Shown: positions 31,492 to 41,630, numbered from the stretch's first letter. The stretch is 64,000 nucleotides of DNA from Phycisphaerales bacterium (GCA_040219675.1 JAVJRZ010000012.1:1138-65137); one strand, 5' to 3'. Notes: generated by a model from the sequence alone, not told the origin. Numbers and translations: made by a program.

Positions 31492-32402
31492 CAACGCCGC
31501 CCGATCGCTCGACCGTACCAACCGAGGCCGTGCACCAGCGCAGCGCGGGGCTGGACGCGCTGCCGACGTCCGATCTGCTCGCGCTGATGTCCGAAGAAGA
31601 CGAACGCGCCGTGCGCGCCGTGCGTGCCCAAGCGGATCGCATCGAGGCCCTCATCGAGGCCCTCGTGCCGCGCTTCCGGGCGGGCGGCCGCCTGATCTAC
31701 ATCGGCGCCGGCACATCCGGGCGCCTGGGCGTGCTCGACGCGTCGGAGTGCCCCCCCACGTTCCTGGTCGACCCGTCACGAGTCGTCGGCATCATCGCGG
31801 GCGGCGAAGCCGCGCTCCGCCGATCGAGCGAATCGCTCGAAGACGACCCCCACGGCGCAAGAGCCGAGTTGGAACGCCTCGACGTGGGCAGGCTCGACAA
31901 CGTCGTCGGGCTTACCGCCGGCGGGACCACCCCCTACCCACTGGGCGCGCTGCGGATCGCACGCTCGCGCGGAGCCCTGACGGCCCTGGTGACCTGCGGG
32001 AGCCTGCCGCAAGACCACGCCGCGGACCACGTCATCAGGCTCGAAACAGGGCCCGAAGTGCTGGCCGGATCGACACGCCTCAAAGCCGGGACCGCGACCA
32101 AGCTCGTGCTCAACATGATCTCCACCACCCTCATGGTGCGCCTGGGCAAGGTGCACGACGGGCTGATGGTCGACGTCAGCGCCACGAACGACAAGCTGCG
32201 CGACCGCGCGGCCCGGATCGTCGCACGCCTCGTCGGCGGCTCGCGCGACGAAGCCCTCGCACTGCTCGACGACGCCGGCGGTCGCGTCAAGACCGCGGTC
32301 GTCATGCGCTCGCTGGATGTTCCGCGGGACAAGGCCGAGGCGCTGCTCGAAGCCTCGGGCGGGTTGCTCCGCAACGCGCTGGAACGGGGTGCGGCGTGCT
32401 GA
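31488..32402 (+). CDS. murQ: N-acetylmuramic acid 6-phosphate etherase
   Basis: SIS domain GGRLIYIGAGTSGRLGVLDASECPPTF, STRLKAGTATKLVLN. The ATG overlaps the anmK stop (ATGA). Confidence 0.93.
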   Translation: MTTPPDRSTVPTEAVHQRSAGLDALPTSDLLALMSEEDERAVRAVRAQADRIEALIEALVPRFRAGGRLIYIGAGTSGRLGVLDASECPPTFLVDPSRVVGIIAGGEAALRRSSESLEDDPHGARAELERLDVGRLDNVVGLTAGGTTPYPLGALRIARSRGALTALVTCGSLPQDHAADHVIRLETGPEVLAGSTRLKAGTATKLVLNMISTTLMVRLGKVHDGLMVDVSATNDKLRDRAARIVARLVGGSRDEALALLDDAGGRVKTAVVMRSLDVPRDKAEALLEASGGLLRNALERGAAC

Positions 32403-33847
32403 CGGCGCTCGATGGCCTGGTCTTCGCGTCCTACGCCCTGGCCGTGCTGGGGATCGGATGGCTCGCCGCCCGTCGGGTCCAGAGCGCCGAGGCGCTGTAC
32501 ACCGGCGATCGACGCGTGCCGGCCTGGGCCATCGCGGTCTCGGTCGTCGCCACGTCGGTCTCGGGCGCAACCTTCATCGGCGGGCCCCAGCAGGCGTACG
32601 CCTCCAACCTCACCTACCTGTCGGCATCGATCGCCTCGGTGCTCGGGGCGGTGCTGGTCGCCTGGCTGCTGCTGCCAAAGTTCTACGCCGCCCGAGCGAC
32701 AACCGTGTACGAGCCGATCGGCGCACGGCACGGCCCCTTCGCACAGAAGTCCTGCGCCGCGGCGTTCCTGCTCGGCCGACTGCTCGCCAGCGGGTCGAGG
32801 CTCTACATCGCGGCCGTGCCGTGCAGCCTCATCGTGTTCGGCGACCTGGAAACGGCCCACCTGCTGGGCTGCGTGGCGGCCCTGGGGACGCTGGCCCTCA
32901 TCTACACCTCCTGGGGTGGCATCCGGGCTGTCATCTGGACCGACGCGCTCCAGGCCCTCGTGATGGTCGTCGCGGTGGTCGCGAGCATCTGGGTGCTGGT
33001 CGGGCAGATCGGCGTCGCCCCGAGCGACCTGCCCGCCGCCATCGCCAATGCCGACCCCACGGGCGACAAGCTCGTGCTGATCGACCTGTCGTGGGACCTG
33101 GGCTCGCCCTTCACGCTCTGGGCGGTGCTGCTGGGTCTGACGCTCTTCAATGCCGCGGCGTTCGGCACCGACCAGGATCTCGCCCAGCGCCTGCTGACTT
33201 CCCGCAGCGCTCCACGCGCAGCGTGGTCGCTCATCGCCTCGAGCCTGCTGGGAACGCTCGTCGTCGGGCTGTTCCTCTGCGTGGGCCTGCTGCTCTTCGT
33301 ACGCGACGCTGCGGACGGCGCGGTCGTCCAGGGCGATACACGCGGCGTGTACCTCGCCTTCATCCTCGACGATCTGCCCACGGGCCTGCGCGGCCTGCTG
33401 GTCGCGGGCCTGTTCGCCGCCGCCATGAGCAGCACCGACTCGGCGCTCAACGCGATGTCCAGCTCGGTCGTCGTCGACCTGGGCTTCGGCAAGAAGGACG
33501 CCGGCGCAGGCACCGGCCGGCTCGTCAACGCAGCCTGCGGCACCGCCTTGATCGTCATGGCGTGCGTCTTCGTGCTCGCAGAAGGCGGCAAGAGCGAGGG
33601 CCTCATCCCCTTCGCGCTGGGCGTGATGATCTACGCCTACGCGGGCCTGCTGGGCGTCTTCGTATCCACCCTGCTGCTCGGACGCGGAAGCGCCACAACG
33701 GTCCTCTGCGCGCTCATCTACGCGGCGACCACCGTCGCCGTGCTGCAATTCGCGATCGATCCGGCGCCATCGCTGGGCTGGCGCATGCTCGCCGGCTTCC
33801 TCGTCAGCCTCGTGGTCTGCTCGATAGCAAAGGGCCCGCAAAGATGA
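32396..33847 (+). CDS. Sodium:solute symporter (SSS) family transporter
   Basis: About 13 TM segments. SSS-like N-terminus: YTGDRRVPAWAIAVSVVATSVSGATFIGGP. The GTG at 32396 overlaps the murQ stop, and its own stop overlaps the nagZ ATG. Confidence 0.8.
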   Translation: MLTALDGLVFASYALAVLGIGWLAARRVQSAEALYTGDRRVPAWAIAVSVVATSVSGATFIGGPQQAYASNLTYLSASIASVLGAVLVAWLLLPKFYAARATTVYEPIGARHGPFAQKSCAAAFLLGRLLASGSRLYIAAVPCSLIVFGDLETAHLLGCVAALGTLALIYTSWGGIRAVIWTDALQALVMVVAVVASIWVLVGQIGVAPSDLPAAIANADPTGDKLVLIDLSWDLGSPFTLWAVLLGLTLFNAAAFGTDQDLAQRLLTSRSAPRAAWSLIASSLLGTLVVGLFLCVGLLLFVRDAADGAVVQGDTRGVYLAFILDDLPTGLRGLLVAGLFAAAMSSTDSALNAMSSSVVVDLGFGKKDAGAGTGRLVNAACGTALIVMACVFVLAEGGKSEGLIPFALGVMIYAYAGLLGVFVSTLLLGRGSATTVLCALIYAATTVAVLQFAIDPAPSLGWRMLAGFLVSLVVCSIAKGPQR

Positions 33848-34860
33848 TCGCCGCGCTCCGCGAACTGGGGGCCATGACCATGCTCGGCATCCGCGGCGCG
33901 ACCCCGGGCGATCCGGAACTGGAAGAAGACCTCGACGCCTGCCTCCATGCCGGCGTGCGCATGGTGATCCTCTTCGATCGTGACCTCGCCACCGGCGGGC
34001 GGCGGAACGTGCGATCGCCCGAACAGGTCCGGGCGCTGACGGATCACGTGCGGGCGCGTCTCGGCAAAGACGCCCTGATCGCCATCGACCAGGAGGGCGG
34101 GCGCGTGCAACGCCTCTCGCAAGCGCACGGCTTCGCCGGCTGGCCCTCGGCACTCGCGTACGCATCACTCGCAGAAGATCAGCAATGGACTCATGCACGC
34201 ACGATGGCGCGCGCCCTGCGCGACGCCGGCATCACCCTGAACTTCGCCCCGTGCGTGGACGTGAACATCAACCCCGCGTCGCCAGTGATCGGGGCCCTGG
34301 AGCGGCCCTTCTCCGGTGAGCCCGCAGTGGTCGCCGCATGCGCCGCACGCGTGGTCATAGCGCATCGGGAGGCTGGCATCGCCTGCGTGCTCAAGCACTT
34401 CCCAGGACACGGCTCGGCATCGGCCGACTCGCACCACGACCTCGTCGACATCTCCAACACCTGGCAGCGCGAACACGAACTGGAGCCCTACCGCTCGCTC
34501 ATGGGCGAGCCTGTCGGCGTGATGACCGGCCACCTCGTGCTGGACGCGTTCGATGCCGAACGCCCGGCGTCGCTGTCGCACGCCGTGACGACAGGCCTGC
34601 TCCGCGACGAACTCGGGTTCGACGGCCCCGTGTTCACCGACGCGCTGGACATGGAGGGCGTGCGGGCTCGCTGGTCGCTCCAGCAGACGATCCAACTCGC
34701 CGTGCAGGCCGGCGCCGACGTGCTCGTACACGCCTGCAACTCCGCCCGGGCCGAACACGCGCCGGGCGTCGTCCGGGCGATGGAGCAAGCCGCCTCGCAG
34801 ATCGAAGGCCTCCCCGCCCGCGCAAGCCGGTCGTGCGAACGGGTACGGTCGATCACATGA
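33844..34860 (+). CDS. nagZ: Beta-N-acetylhexosaminidase (GH3)
   Basis: IAIDQEGGRVQRL and KHFPGHGSASADSHHDL, the GH3 NagZ catalytic region. ATGA overlap with the upstream symporter. Confidence 0.9.
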   Translation: MIAALRELGAMTMLGIRGATPGDPELEEDLDACLHAGVRMVILFDRDLATGGRRNVRSPEQVRALTDHVRARLGKDALIAIDQEGGRVQRLSQAHGFAGWPSALAYASLAEDQQWTHARTMARALRDAGITLNFAPCVDVNINPASPVIGALERPFSGEPAVVAACAARVVIAHREAGIACVLKHFPGHGSASADSHHDLVDISNTWQREHELEPYRSLMGEPVGVMTGHLVLDAFDAERPASLSHAVTTGLLRDELGFDGPVFTDALDMEGVRARWSLQQTIQLAVQAGADVLVHACNSARAEHAPGVVRAMEQAASQIEGLPARASRSCERVRSIT

Positions 34861-34932
34861 TCGCTCCCAGCACGGCTCCCGCGAAAGCCACACTCGCCGA
34901 CGAGAGCAGCGTTTCCAGCGCTTCAGACCCAA

Positions 34933-35005
34933 TGGAGCGGAGGCGACTCGAACGCCCAACTTCCAGCTTGCAAAGCTGGCACTCTACCAATTGAGTTACC
35001 GCCCC
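34933..35005 (-). tRNA. tRNA-Ala (anticodon TGC)
   Basis: Hand-folded cloverleaf: acceptor GGGGCGG/CCGCTCC with a G3:U70 pair, D arm ACTC-AATTGGTA-GAGT, anticodon stem CCAGC/GCTGG with loop TTTGCAA, and T loop TTCGAGT. CCA is not encoded. Confidence 0.9.
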
Positions 35006-35137
35006 CTCACGGCCACCAGTCTATGCCTTCTCGGACGGCAGCCGCACCAACCGGTAGCGGCAGGCCCCGACCCGCCCACGCCACCTCCCCGCCGCCCCCA
35101 CACGCACCGATAGTGGCCGGCGAAGGGAGATGCCCCG

Positions 35138-36436
35138 ATGCCCACCCCAGCGTCCACCGCGATCGCCGTCCTGGCCCTGGCCGCCGTCGCCCTCGGACCC
35201 GCACAGGCCACCCAAGAGACCGCTCAGCAAGCCGTACAGGCCTTCGAACGAGCCCGCCAGGCCGAGATCGAAGGCCGGCACCGCGAAGCCTTCGACGCCT
35301 ACCTCGACGCCTGGCACGATCCGGCCCTGCGAGCAGAAGCCGCCCGGCGGGCCCACGACCTTGAACGCATCGCCCGCTTCAACACCAAGGACGACCTCTC
35401 CGCCCTCCAGCCGCTCCAGCAACGCCTGGGCGACCGCTTCACGACCTACCGCTCCCGCTCCTTCCTCGTGCTGTCCGACGCCGACGACGCATGGACCCGC
35501 TCACGCATCGCCCTGCTCGAGCGCGCCCGCGACCAGTACTTCCGAGACCTCGATCGCCTCGGCGTCCCGGTGCATCCCCACCCCAAGCGCCTCATCTGCG
35601 TCTTCTTCAAAGAGCACGGCCACTACCTCGAGTTCGCCCAGAACCACGACGGCTTCAACGCCGGCTGGACAGCCGGCTACTACAGCATGGCCCACAACGC
35701 CATCATCATCCACGACGACCGGTCCTCGCCCAGCCTCACCCGCGCCATGCGAACCCTCGAACAGCAGCAGGCACGCATCGACGAGCTTCGCGAACGCGCC
35801 CAGCAGGCCCAGCGAGCGCGGCAGACCCAACAGGCCGCACTCCTCTTCGACGCCGCCACCGACCTCGAGACCAACGCCAACAAGGAACGCCAGCGCATCG
35901 AGGACCAGGTCCTCCGCTTCGGCATCGCCAAGGTCCTGCACGAGGCCATCCACCTCCTCGCCTTCAACACGGGCCTGCAACACAAGGACGTCGGCTACCC
36001 CCTCTGGGTCAGCGAGGGCCTCGCCGCCAGCTTCGAGGCCGAGAGCACGACCGGCCGCTTCGGCTTCGCCTTCGCCTACGAGCCTCGCCAGAGCCAACTG
36101 GACGAGCTCGTGCTCGCCGGCCAGCTCCCGCCGCTGGCCGACCTGCTCACCCTCGACGACAACACCAACCTCCAAGCCCACACCGCCCGGCCCATCTACG
36201 CCGCCGCCTACGGGCTCTTCAAGGAACTGCACCGCACCCAGCGCGACAGCCTCGCGGCCTATCTCCGAGAACTCGCCGACCTGCCCAAGGGCCGCCAGAC
36301 CCCCGCCGATCACCTCGCCCGATTCGAGACGCACTTCGGCGACGTGCAGGCCCTCGAACGCCGGATCACCCGCCGCTGGACGGCCGCCGCTCGCGAACGC
36401 CAAGGCGACCCCGCCTGGCGTGCCGCGGGCCTGTAG
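35138..36436 (+). CDS. Secreted DUF1570-family putative zinc metalloprotease
   Basis: Signal peptide MPTPASTAIAVLALAAVALGPAQA. HExxH in VLHEAIHLLAFNTGL, followed by PLWVSEGLAASFE, the DUF1570 hallmark. RBS GAAGGGAGA. Confidence 0.8.
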   Translation: MPTPASTAIAVLALAAVALGPAQATQETAQQAVQAFERARQAEIEGRHREAFDAYLDAWHDPALRAEAARRAHDLERIARFNTKDDLSALQPLQQRLGDRFTTYRSRSFLVLSDADDAWTRSRIALLERARDQYFRDLDRLGVPVHPHPKRLICVFFKEHGHYLEFAQNHDGFNAGWTAGYYSMAHNAIIIHDDRSSPSLTRAMRTLEQQQARIDELRERAQQAQRARQTQQAALLFDAATDLETNANKERQRIEDQVLRFGIAKVLHEAIHLLAFNTGLQHKDVGYPLWVSEGLAASFEAESTTGRFGFAFAYEPRQSQLDELVLAGQLPPLADLLTLDDNTNLQAHTARPIYAAAYGLFKELHRTQRDSLAAYLRELADLPKGRQTPADHLARFETHFGDVQALERRITRRWTAAARERQGDPAWRAAGL

Positions 36437-36639
36437 CCCGGCGTGGCGGCCTGTTCGGGCACCCCCCGGCCAGGCCTCAGCCACGCGGGCAACCCCTCGC
36501 CCCGCGGACGGGCCGCTAGACCCAGCGCATCACCCTCGGTAGTCTGTACCGGTTCCACACCGCCCGAACCCCGAGCGGCCGGCGTTGCTGTTGGCGCCTC
36601 ATGCCCTGGGAACGGACCGCAGACATCAGGAGATACGCC

Positions 36640-39600
36640 ATGCCCAACCAACCACGCCTGGCCCACCGTCGCGTCTCGGCCGCCTTCCTCATGGCCGTAG
36701 CCGCAGGAACGGCTTCGCTGAACATGGCCTGCGCCAGCGATGCCTCGACCCTGCCCGAGGCCGCCCGCGCCGCCGATGCCACGCTCTCGGCCATGGGCAC
36801 ACACAGCGACGAGCCCGCCGCCGCAACCTGGATCAACACCCAGGCCCGCGTCGGCTACCCGCGCATGCCCAGCCTGAGCCCCAACGGCGACCTCATCGCC
36901 TTCACCTGGGCGGGCGATCTCTGGGCGGTCCCCAGCGGCGGCGGCATCGCCTCCCAGCTCACCACCCACCCCGCGGACGACCTCGCCTCGGCCTTCAGCC
37001 CCGACGGCTCCACCATCGTCTTCGAGTCCAACCGCGACGGCAGCCAGAACCTCTACGCCGTGCCCGTCTCGGTCGAGAACGGCCGCGTCGTCGCCGGCGC
37101 CGTCCGCAGGCTCACGCTCAGCGATCGCAGCCTCTCGCTTACCGGCTTCCACCCCGATGGCGACCACGTGCTGGTCCACGCCCGGCTCGATCCGGCCATG
37201 TACCGCGGCACGAACATGTACAGCGTGCCCATCGAGGGAGGCGCCATCACGCCGCTGACCGACGCCTACGGCCTGGCCCCGCGGATGGCCGCCGACGGCT
37301 CGCGCGTCCTCTTCACACGCCAGCGCGACATCAACGATCGCCCGGCCTATCGCGGCCCCGCCGCCGGCGACCTCTGGCAGATGGACTCCGAAACGGGCCG
37401 CTTCACCCAACTCACCACCTTCGACGGCAACGACGCCCACGGCTTCGCCCTTCCCGACGGCTCGACCATCTACGTCTCCAGCCGCCACGGCCAGAACAAC
37501 ATCTGGCGCATCCCCGCCGGCCGCACCGACGCCGACGGCCCACGCCGCCTCACCGACTTCAAGCCCGACGAGGGCGAGTTGACCATCGGCCACGGCGTGC
37601 TCGACCTGAACGTCTCCTTCGACGGCTCCACCGCCGCCTTCCTCGTGTGGGACACGCTCTACACCCTCGACCTCACCCAGCCGGGCGCCCAACCCCAGCC
37701 CGTCGAGATCTACGCCTCGGGCGACACCCAGATGCTCGACACGCGCCTCGAAACGCTCGACCGCCAGGTCAGCGAGGCCGCCCTCAGCCCCGATGGCAAG
37801 ACCCTCGCCGTCGTCGCGCGGGGCGAGGTCTTCGTCCGCAGCACCGAGGAAGACCGCCCCACCCGGCGCGTCACCTTCACCGCCGGCCGCGAGCAGGACA
37901 TCGCCTGGAGCCCCGACAACCAGTACCTCTACTTCGCCAGCGACGAGACCGGCGAGTTCGCCATCTACCGCGCCACCGTCAGCCTCGCCCGTGAAGACCT
38001 CAAGCCCGAGCAAGCCGAGCAAGAGCAGCCGGCCGAAGAACCGGTCGAGGAACCAGCCGAAGAGCCAGCCGAAGAACCAGCCGCCGCCGATGATGGCGAC
38101 ACCGAAGCGGCCGACCAGGACGCCACCGAAGAACAAGCCGCGCAAGAACAAGGCACCGAAGAAGAGCCCGCCAAGGAAGACAAGGTCGACCAAGGCAAGC
38201 GCTGGGCCGAGTCACTCCGCTTCGACGTCCAGCCCCTCGTCATGACGGACGTCCGCGAGGTCTCGCCCATGCCGGCGCCCGACGGCCGCTCCATGCTCTT
38301 CATGCGCGAGCGCGGCGACCTCTGGCACCACGACTTCGCCACCGGCCAGGAACGCCTGGTCCTGGAAAGCTGGAACACCCCCGACGTCCAGTGGGCCAGC
38401 GACAGCCGGCACATCGTCTACAGCGTCGCCGACCTCGACTTCAACAGCGACGTCTGGCTCATGGACCTCGGCGACGACGCGGACGAGCCCATCAACCTCA
38501 CCCGCCACCCCGACATCGACACCTCGCCGCGCCTGAGCGCCGATGGCAAGATGCTCGTCTTCCTCAGCGACCGCGCGGGCAACAACTGGTCCTACGACGT
38601 CTACGCCGTCCTGCTCGACCGCTCGCTCGAAGGCCTGACCGACTACGAACTCGAGCAGCACTTCACCGAGGCCGCCAAGGCCGTCAGCAAGAAGGGCGCC
38701 ATCGACACGCCCAACTTCGACGAAGAACACGAAGCCGGCGAACCGCTCGAGTTCGACGCTGAGGACGCCTGGCAACGCGTTCGCCGCCTCACCAGCGTCA
38801 ACGGCGCCAGCGACCTGGCCCTGACGCCCGGCGGAGACCGCGTCCTCTACTCCACCAGCATCGACGGCAGCACCAGCCTCTTCTCGGTCAACTATCGAGG
38901 CCAGGACCGCAAGACCGTTCAGAGCGGCGGCGTCTCGCAGGTGCGCGTCACGCCCAACGGCTCCAAGGTCCTCTTCATCCGCGGCGGCCAGGCCTCCACC
39001 GCCCGCCCCTCGGGCGGCGGCGCAGAGACCATGGGCATCAACGCCCGTGTCCGCATCGACGTCGCCGCCGAACAGGCCCAGAAGTTCCGCGACGCCGCCA
39101 ACATGCTCGGCCGCGAGTTCTACCACCCCACCATGAAGGGCCTCGACTGGGAAGGCCTGACCCAGCGATACCTTGAACTCGCCCGCGTCACGCGCACGCC
39201 CAGCGAGTTCTACCAGGTCGGTCGCCTGCTCATGGGCGAGCTCAACGGTTCGCACCTGGGCATCTGGGGCGGAGAGCAGCTCTACAGCCCGCCGAGCATC
39301 AGCACGGGCTACCTCGGCATCAACGCCAACCCCCTCGCCGGCGGCTACGAAGTCACCTACGTCCTGCCCGAAGGGCCAGCATGGCGCGACGCCAGCAAGC
39401 TGCACGAGGGCGACATCATCACCGCCATCAACGGCAACCCCCTCGCCGAAGAGGGCGGCATGCCCATGATGGATCTCAGCGAGGCCATGGCCGGCACCGC
39501 GGGCCAGGAAACCCTGCTCGACATCATTCCCGCCGACCCCGAGCGATCGCAGTACGTCCTCATCGTCCCCACGTCCTCGGGCGGCGACAGCAACCTCCGC

Positions 39601-40233
39601 TACGAAGACGGCGTCCGCCAGCGCCGCGCCAAGGTCGAGGAACTCTCCGGTGGCCGCGTCGGCTACCTCCACATCCGCGGCATGAACGAGCCCTCGCTGC
39701 GAGACTTCGAGCGAGACCTCTTCGCCGCAGCCAACGGCAAGGACGGCCTGCTCATCGACGTCCGAGACAACGGCGGCGGCTGGACCACCGACATCCTCCT
39801 CAGCTCCCTCACCGCACCGCGACACGCCTACACCATCCCCCGCGGCGCCAACCCCGATGACGTCCCCACCGACGCCTACCCGCGAGACCGCCGACTCATC
39901 TACGGCTACTCGCGACGCATCGCCGTCCTCTGCAACGAGAACTCCTACTCCAACGCCGAGATCTTCTCCCACGCCATCAAGACCACCGGCCGCGGCCCGC
40001 TCGTCGGCCAGCAGACCTACGGCGCCGTCATCTCCACCGGCTCCTACCGCCTCATCGATGGCACCACCGTCCGCCGCCCCTTCCGCGGCTGGTACCTGCC
40101 CGATGGCACCGACATGGAGAACAACGGCGCCATGCCCGACATCCTCGTCCTGAAGAACCCCCAGCACGAAGTCGAGGGCGTCGACCCGCAACTCCAGGCC
40201 GCCGTCAACGCCATCATGGGCAACCTGCCCTGA
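36640..40233 (+). CDS. Tricorn-like protease homolog: TolB-type beta-propellers + PDZ + S41 peptidase
   Basis: Repeated PD40-like SPDG/SPNG blades, a PDZ region (GDIITAINGNPL) and the S41 core IDVRDNGGGW, NENSYSNAEIFS. The ATG at 36640 is preceded by AGGAGA. An acidic insert separates the propellers. Confidence 0.88.
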   Translation: MPNQPRLAHRRVSAAFLMAVAAGTASLNMACASDASTLPEAARAADATLSAMGTHSDEPAAATWINTQARVGYPRMPSLSPNGDLIAFTWAGDLWAVPSGGGIASQLTTHPADDLASAFSPDGSTIVFESNRDGSQNLYAVPVSVENGRVVAGAVRRLTLSDRSLSLTGFHPDGDHVLVHARLDPAMYRGTNMYSVPIEGGAITPLTDAYGLAPRMAADGSRVLFTRQRDINDRPAYRGPAAGDLWQMDSETGRFTQLTTFDGNDAHGFALPDGSTIYVSSRHGQNNIWRIPAGRTDADGPRRLTDFKPDEGELTIGHGVLDLNVSFDGSTAAFLVWDTLYTLDLTQPGAQPQPVEIYASGDTQMLDTRLETLDRQVSEAALSPDGKTLAVVARGEVFVRSTEEDRPTRRVTFTAGREQDIAWSPDNQYLYFASDETGEFAIYRATVSLAREDLKPEQAEQEQPAEEPVEEPAEEPAEEPAAADDGDTEAADQDATEEQAAQEQGTEEEPAKEDKVDQGKRWAESLRFDVQPLVMTDVREVSPMPAPDGRSMLFMRERGDLWHHDFATGQERLVLESWNTPDVQWASDSRHIVYSVADLDFNSDVWLMDLGDDADEPINLTRHPDIDTSPRLSADGKMLVFLSDRAGNNWSYDVYAVLLDRSLEGLTDYELEQHFTEAAKAVSKKGAIDTPNFDEEHEAGEPLEFDAEDAWQRVRRLTSVNGASDLALTPGGDRVLYSTSIDGSTSLFSVNYRGQDRKTVQSGGVSQVRVTPNGSKVLFIRGGQASTARPSGGGAETMGINARVRIDVAAEQAQKFRDAANMLGREFYHPTMKGLDWEGLTQRYLELARVTRTPSEFYQVGRLLMGELNGSHLGIWGGEQLYSPPSISTGYLGINANPLAGGYEVTYVLPEGPAWRDASKLHEGDIITAINGNPLAEEGGMPMMDLSEAMAGTAGQETLLDIIPADPERSQYVLIVPTSSGGDSNLRYEDGVRQRRAKVEELSGGRVGYLHIRGMNEPSLRDFERDLFAAANGKDGLLIDVRDNGGGWTTDILLSSLTAPRHAYTIPRGANPDDVPTDAYPRDRRLIYGYSRRIAVLCNENSYSNAEIFSHAIKTTGRGPLVGQQTYGAVISTGSYRLIDGTTVRRPFRGWYLPDGTDMENNGAMPDILVLKNPQHEVEGVDPQLQAAVNAIMGNLP
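38030..38077 (+). repeat. Tandem 12-nt coding repeat (P-A/V-E-E x4) inside the tricorn-like gene
   Basis: ccggccgaagaa ccggtcgaggaa ccagccgaagag ccagccgaagaa, read directly. Confidence 0.85.
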
Positions 40234-40291
40234 CCGTGCCGCACGGTTACCGGGCCACGACTCGCCCGCGATCGACAACCTAAACCACACA

Positions 40292-40324
40292 GGCGGACGC
40301 GTCCCTCGCGTCCGCCTCTTTTCT
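40292..40324 (+). terminator. Rho-independent terminator of the tricorn-like gene
   Basis: GGCGGACGC-gtccctc-GCGTCCGCC is a perfect 9-bp stem followed by TCTTTTCT. Confidence 0.85.
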
Positions 40325-40377
40325 GCGCCAACACGCACCCCGTTCCGGCCGACATCCAAACCGAGGAGTGGCGGAGC

Positions 40378-41085
40378 ATGGCGGGATCTTCAACTGTCGT
40401 CCGACCGGCAATCGGCATCTGGCTGCTGGGCGTGCTGGGCGCAGCCGCCGTCGCACACTGGCTCTTGCCCGATGACCCCCAGGCCGGCCTCTTCGCCATG
40501 GGCCTGCTGTGCATGGGCTACACGCTGGCCGCCTTCGCCCTGGCCCGGCGCGAGACCGGCATCACCGCCCTGCTGCCCCTCGCATGGACCGCCGCCTTCG
40601 GCATGTGGCTACCCATCGGCCAGGACTTCGGCCAGGACACCATCGCACCCGCGCTCGCCGGCAGCGGCGTCGCCCAAGCCATGATCGAGCCGCTGGCCAA
40701 CGCCATCGTCCTGGCCGTCGGCGGCGTCGCCACCGGCGCCATGCTCTACCTGGGCACCGCCTCGGCCGCCGTCTTCTGGCACGCGCTCCTGCTGACCGCC
40801 CTCGTCGCTGGCGCGTCCCTCTCCCACCACGACACGCCCACCACCACCTTCGCCGCAGCCATCGCCTGGCACGCCGGCGTCGCCGGTTCGCTCATGCGCT
40901 GGGCGTCCCATGCCTACTGGGCCGCGCGCCAGGGCGTCTGCCCCCGATGCAGCGAAGACATCCGCGGCGTCGGCTCGGGCAGTTGCCCCTCGTGCAAGCT
41001 CACGCTGGTCTGCCATTCCGCCGCGCGCAGCGCCGTGCCCTCGCCGCCAAAGCGCCCATCCACACCCAACAACCGCGCCGCCTAG
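40378..41085 (+). CDS. Polytopic membrane protein with a C-terminal zinc-ribbon
   Basis: About 6 hydrophobic helices, then CPRCSEDIRGVGSGSCPSC. RBS GAGGAG lies 9 nt upstream. Confidence 0.6.
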   Translation: MAGSSTVVRPAIGIWLLGVLGAAAVAHWLLPDDPQAGLFAMGLLCMGYTLAAFALARRETGITALLPLAWTAAFGMWLPIGQDFGQDTIAPALAGSGVAQAMIEPLANAIVLAVGGVATGAMLYLGTASAAVFWHALLLTALVAGASLSHHDTPTTTFAAAIAWHAGVAGSLMRWASHAYWAARQGVCPRCSEDIRGVGSGSCPSCKLTLVCHSAARSAVPSPPKRPSTPNNRAA

Positions 41086-41630
41086 CCCGATCGATACGGC
41101 AGCACAGCCACCGGCCCGGGCCCATCAAAGGGCGCAAGCTCCACCGGCAAGGCCCGCAGCCCGCGGCGCCGCGCCTTGGCCACCGCGTACCGCAGCGCCA
41201 TGTCCACGCGCTCGTGCACCCGGGGCGTGATGTTCAAGCCGTGCGCGTCCATCGCTCGCAGCGAGAACAACCACGCGTGGTACTCCTCCAGGCATCGCGG
41301 CTTGTACACCCCTAGGCCGATCGCATGGTGCCCCACCTCGTGCAGGAACACCGCCGCAGAGATCGGCCCCCGCGGCCGCGGCGCCTCGATCAACCGAGCA
41401 ATCGTGCCGTCGGCATACGTCACCTGCCACGCCACGCCGCTCGTGTTGCTCCGCCACTTCCGCACGCGGATGCCGTACTCGGACAGCATCTGCCGGGCCA
41501 CCGCCTCGTACCGCTCGGCCGACGCGCTTCGCCGAGCCGGCACCGCGGACTTCGCAGCGCGCTTCGGCTCGGGCTTCGCCACGGGAGCTTCACGCCGCAC
41601 CCGCGGGATCAGGTCCCACAGCGTCAGCAC
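41082..41630 (-). CDS. Small HExxH-motif protein (putative zinc metallopeptidase-like)
   Basis: AVFLHEVGHHAIG motif and a basic N-terminal region. The start overlaps the fmt stop by 7 nt. Confidence 0.55.
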   Translation of the reverse strand: MLTLWDLIPRVRREAPVAKPEPKRAAKSAVPARRSASAERYEAVARQMLSEYGIRVRKWRSNTSGVAWQVTYADGTIARLIEAPRPRGPISAAVFLHEVGHHAIGLGVYKPRCLEEYHAWLFSLRAMDAHGLNITPRVHERVDMALRYAVAKARRRGLRALPVELAPFDGPGPVAVLPYRSG

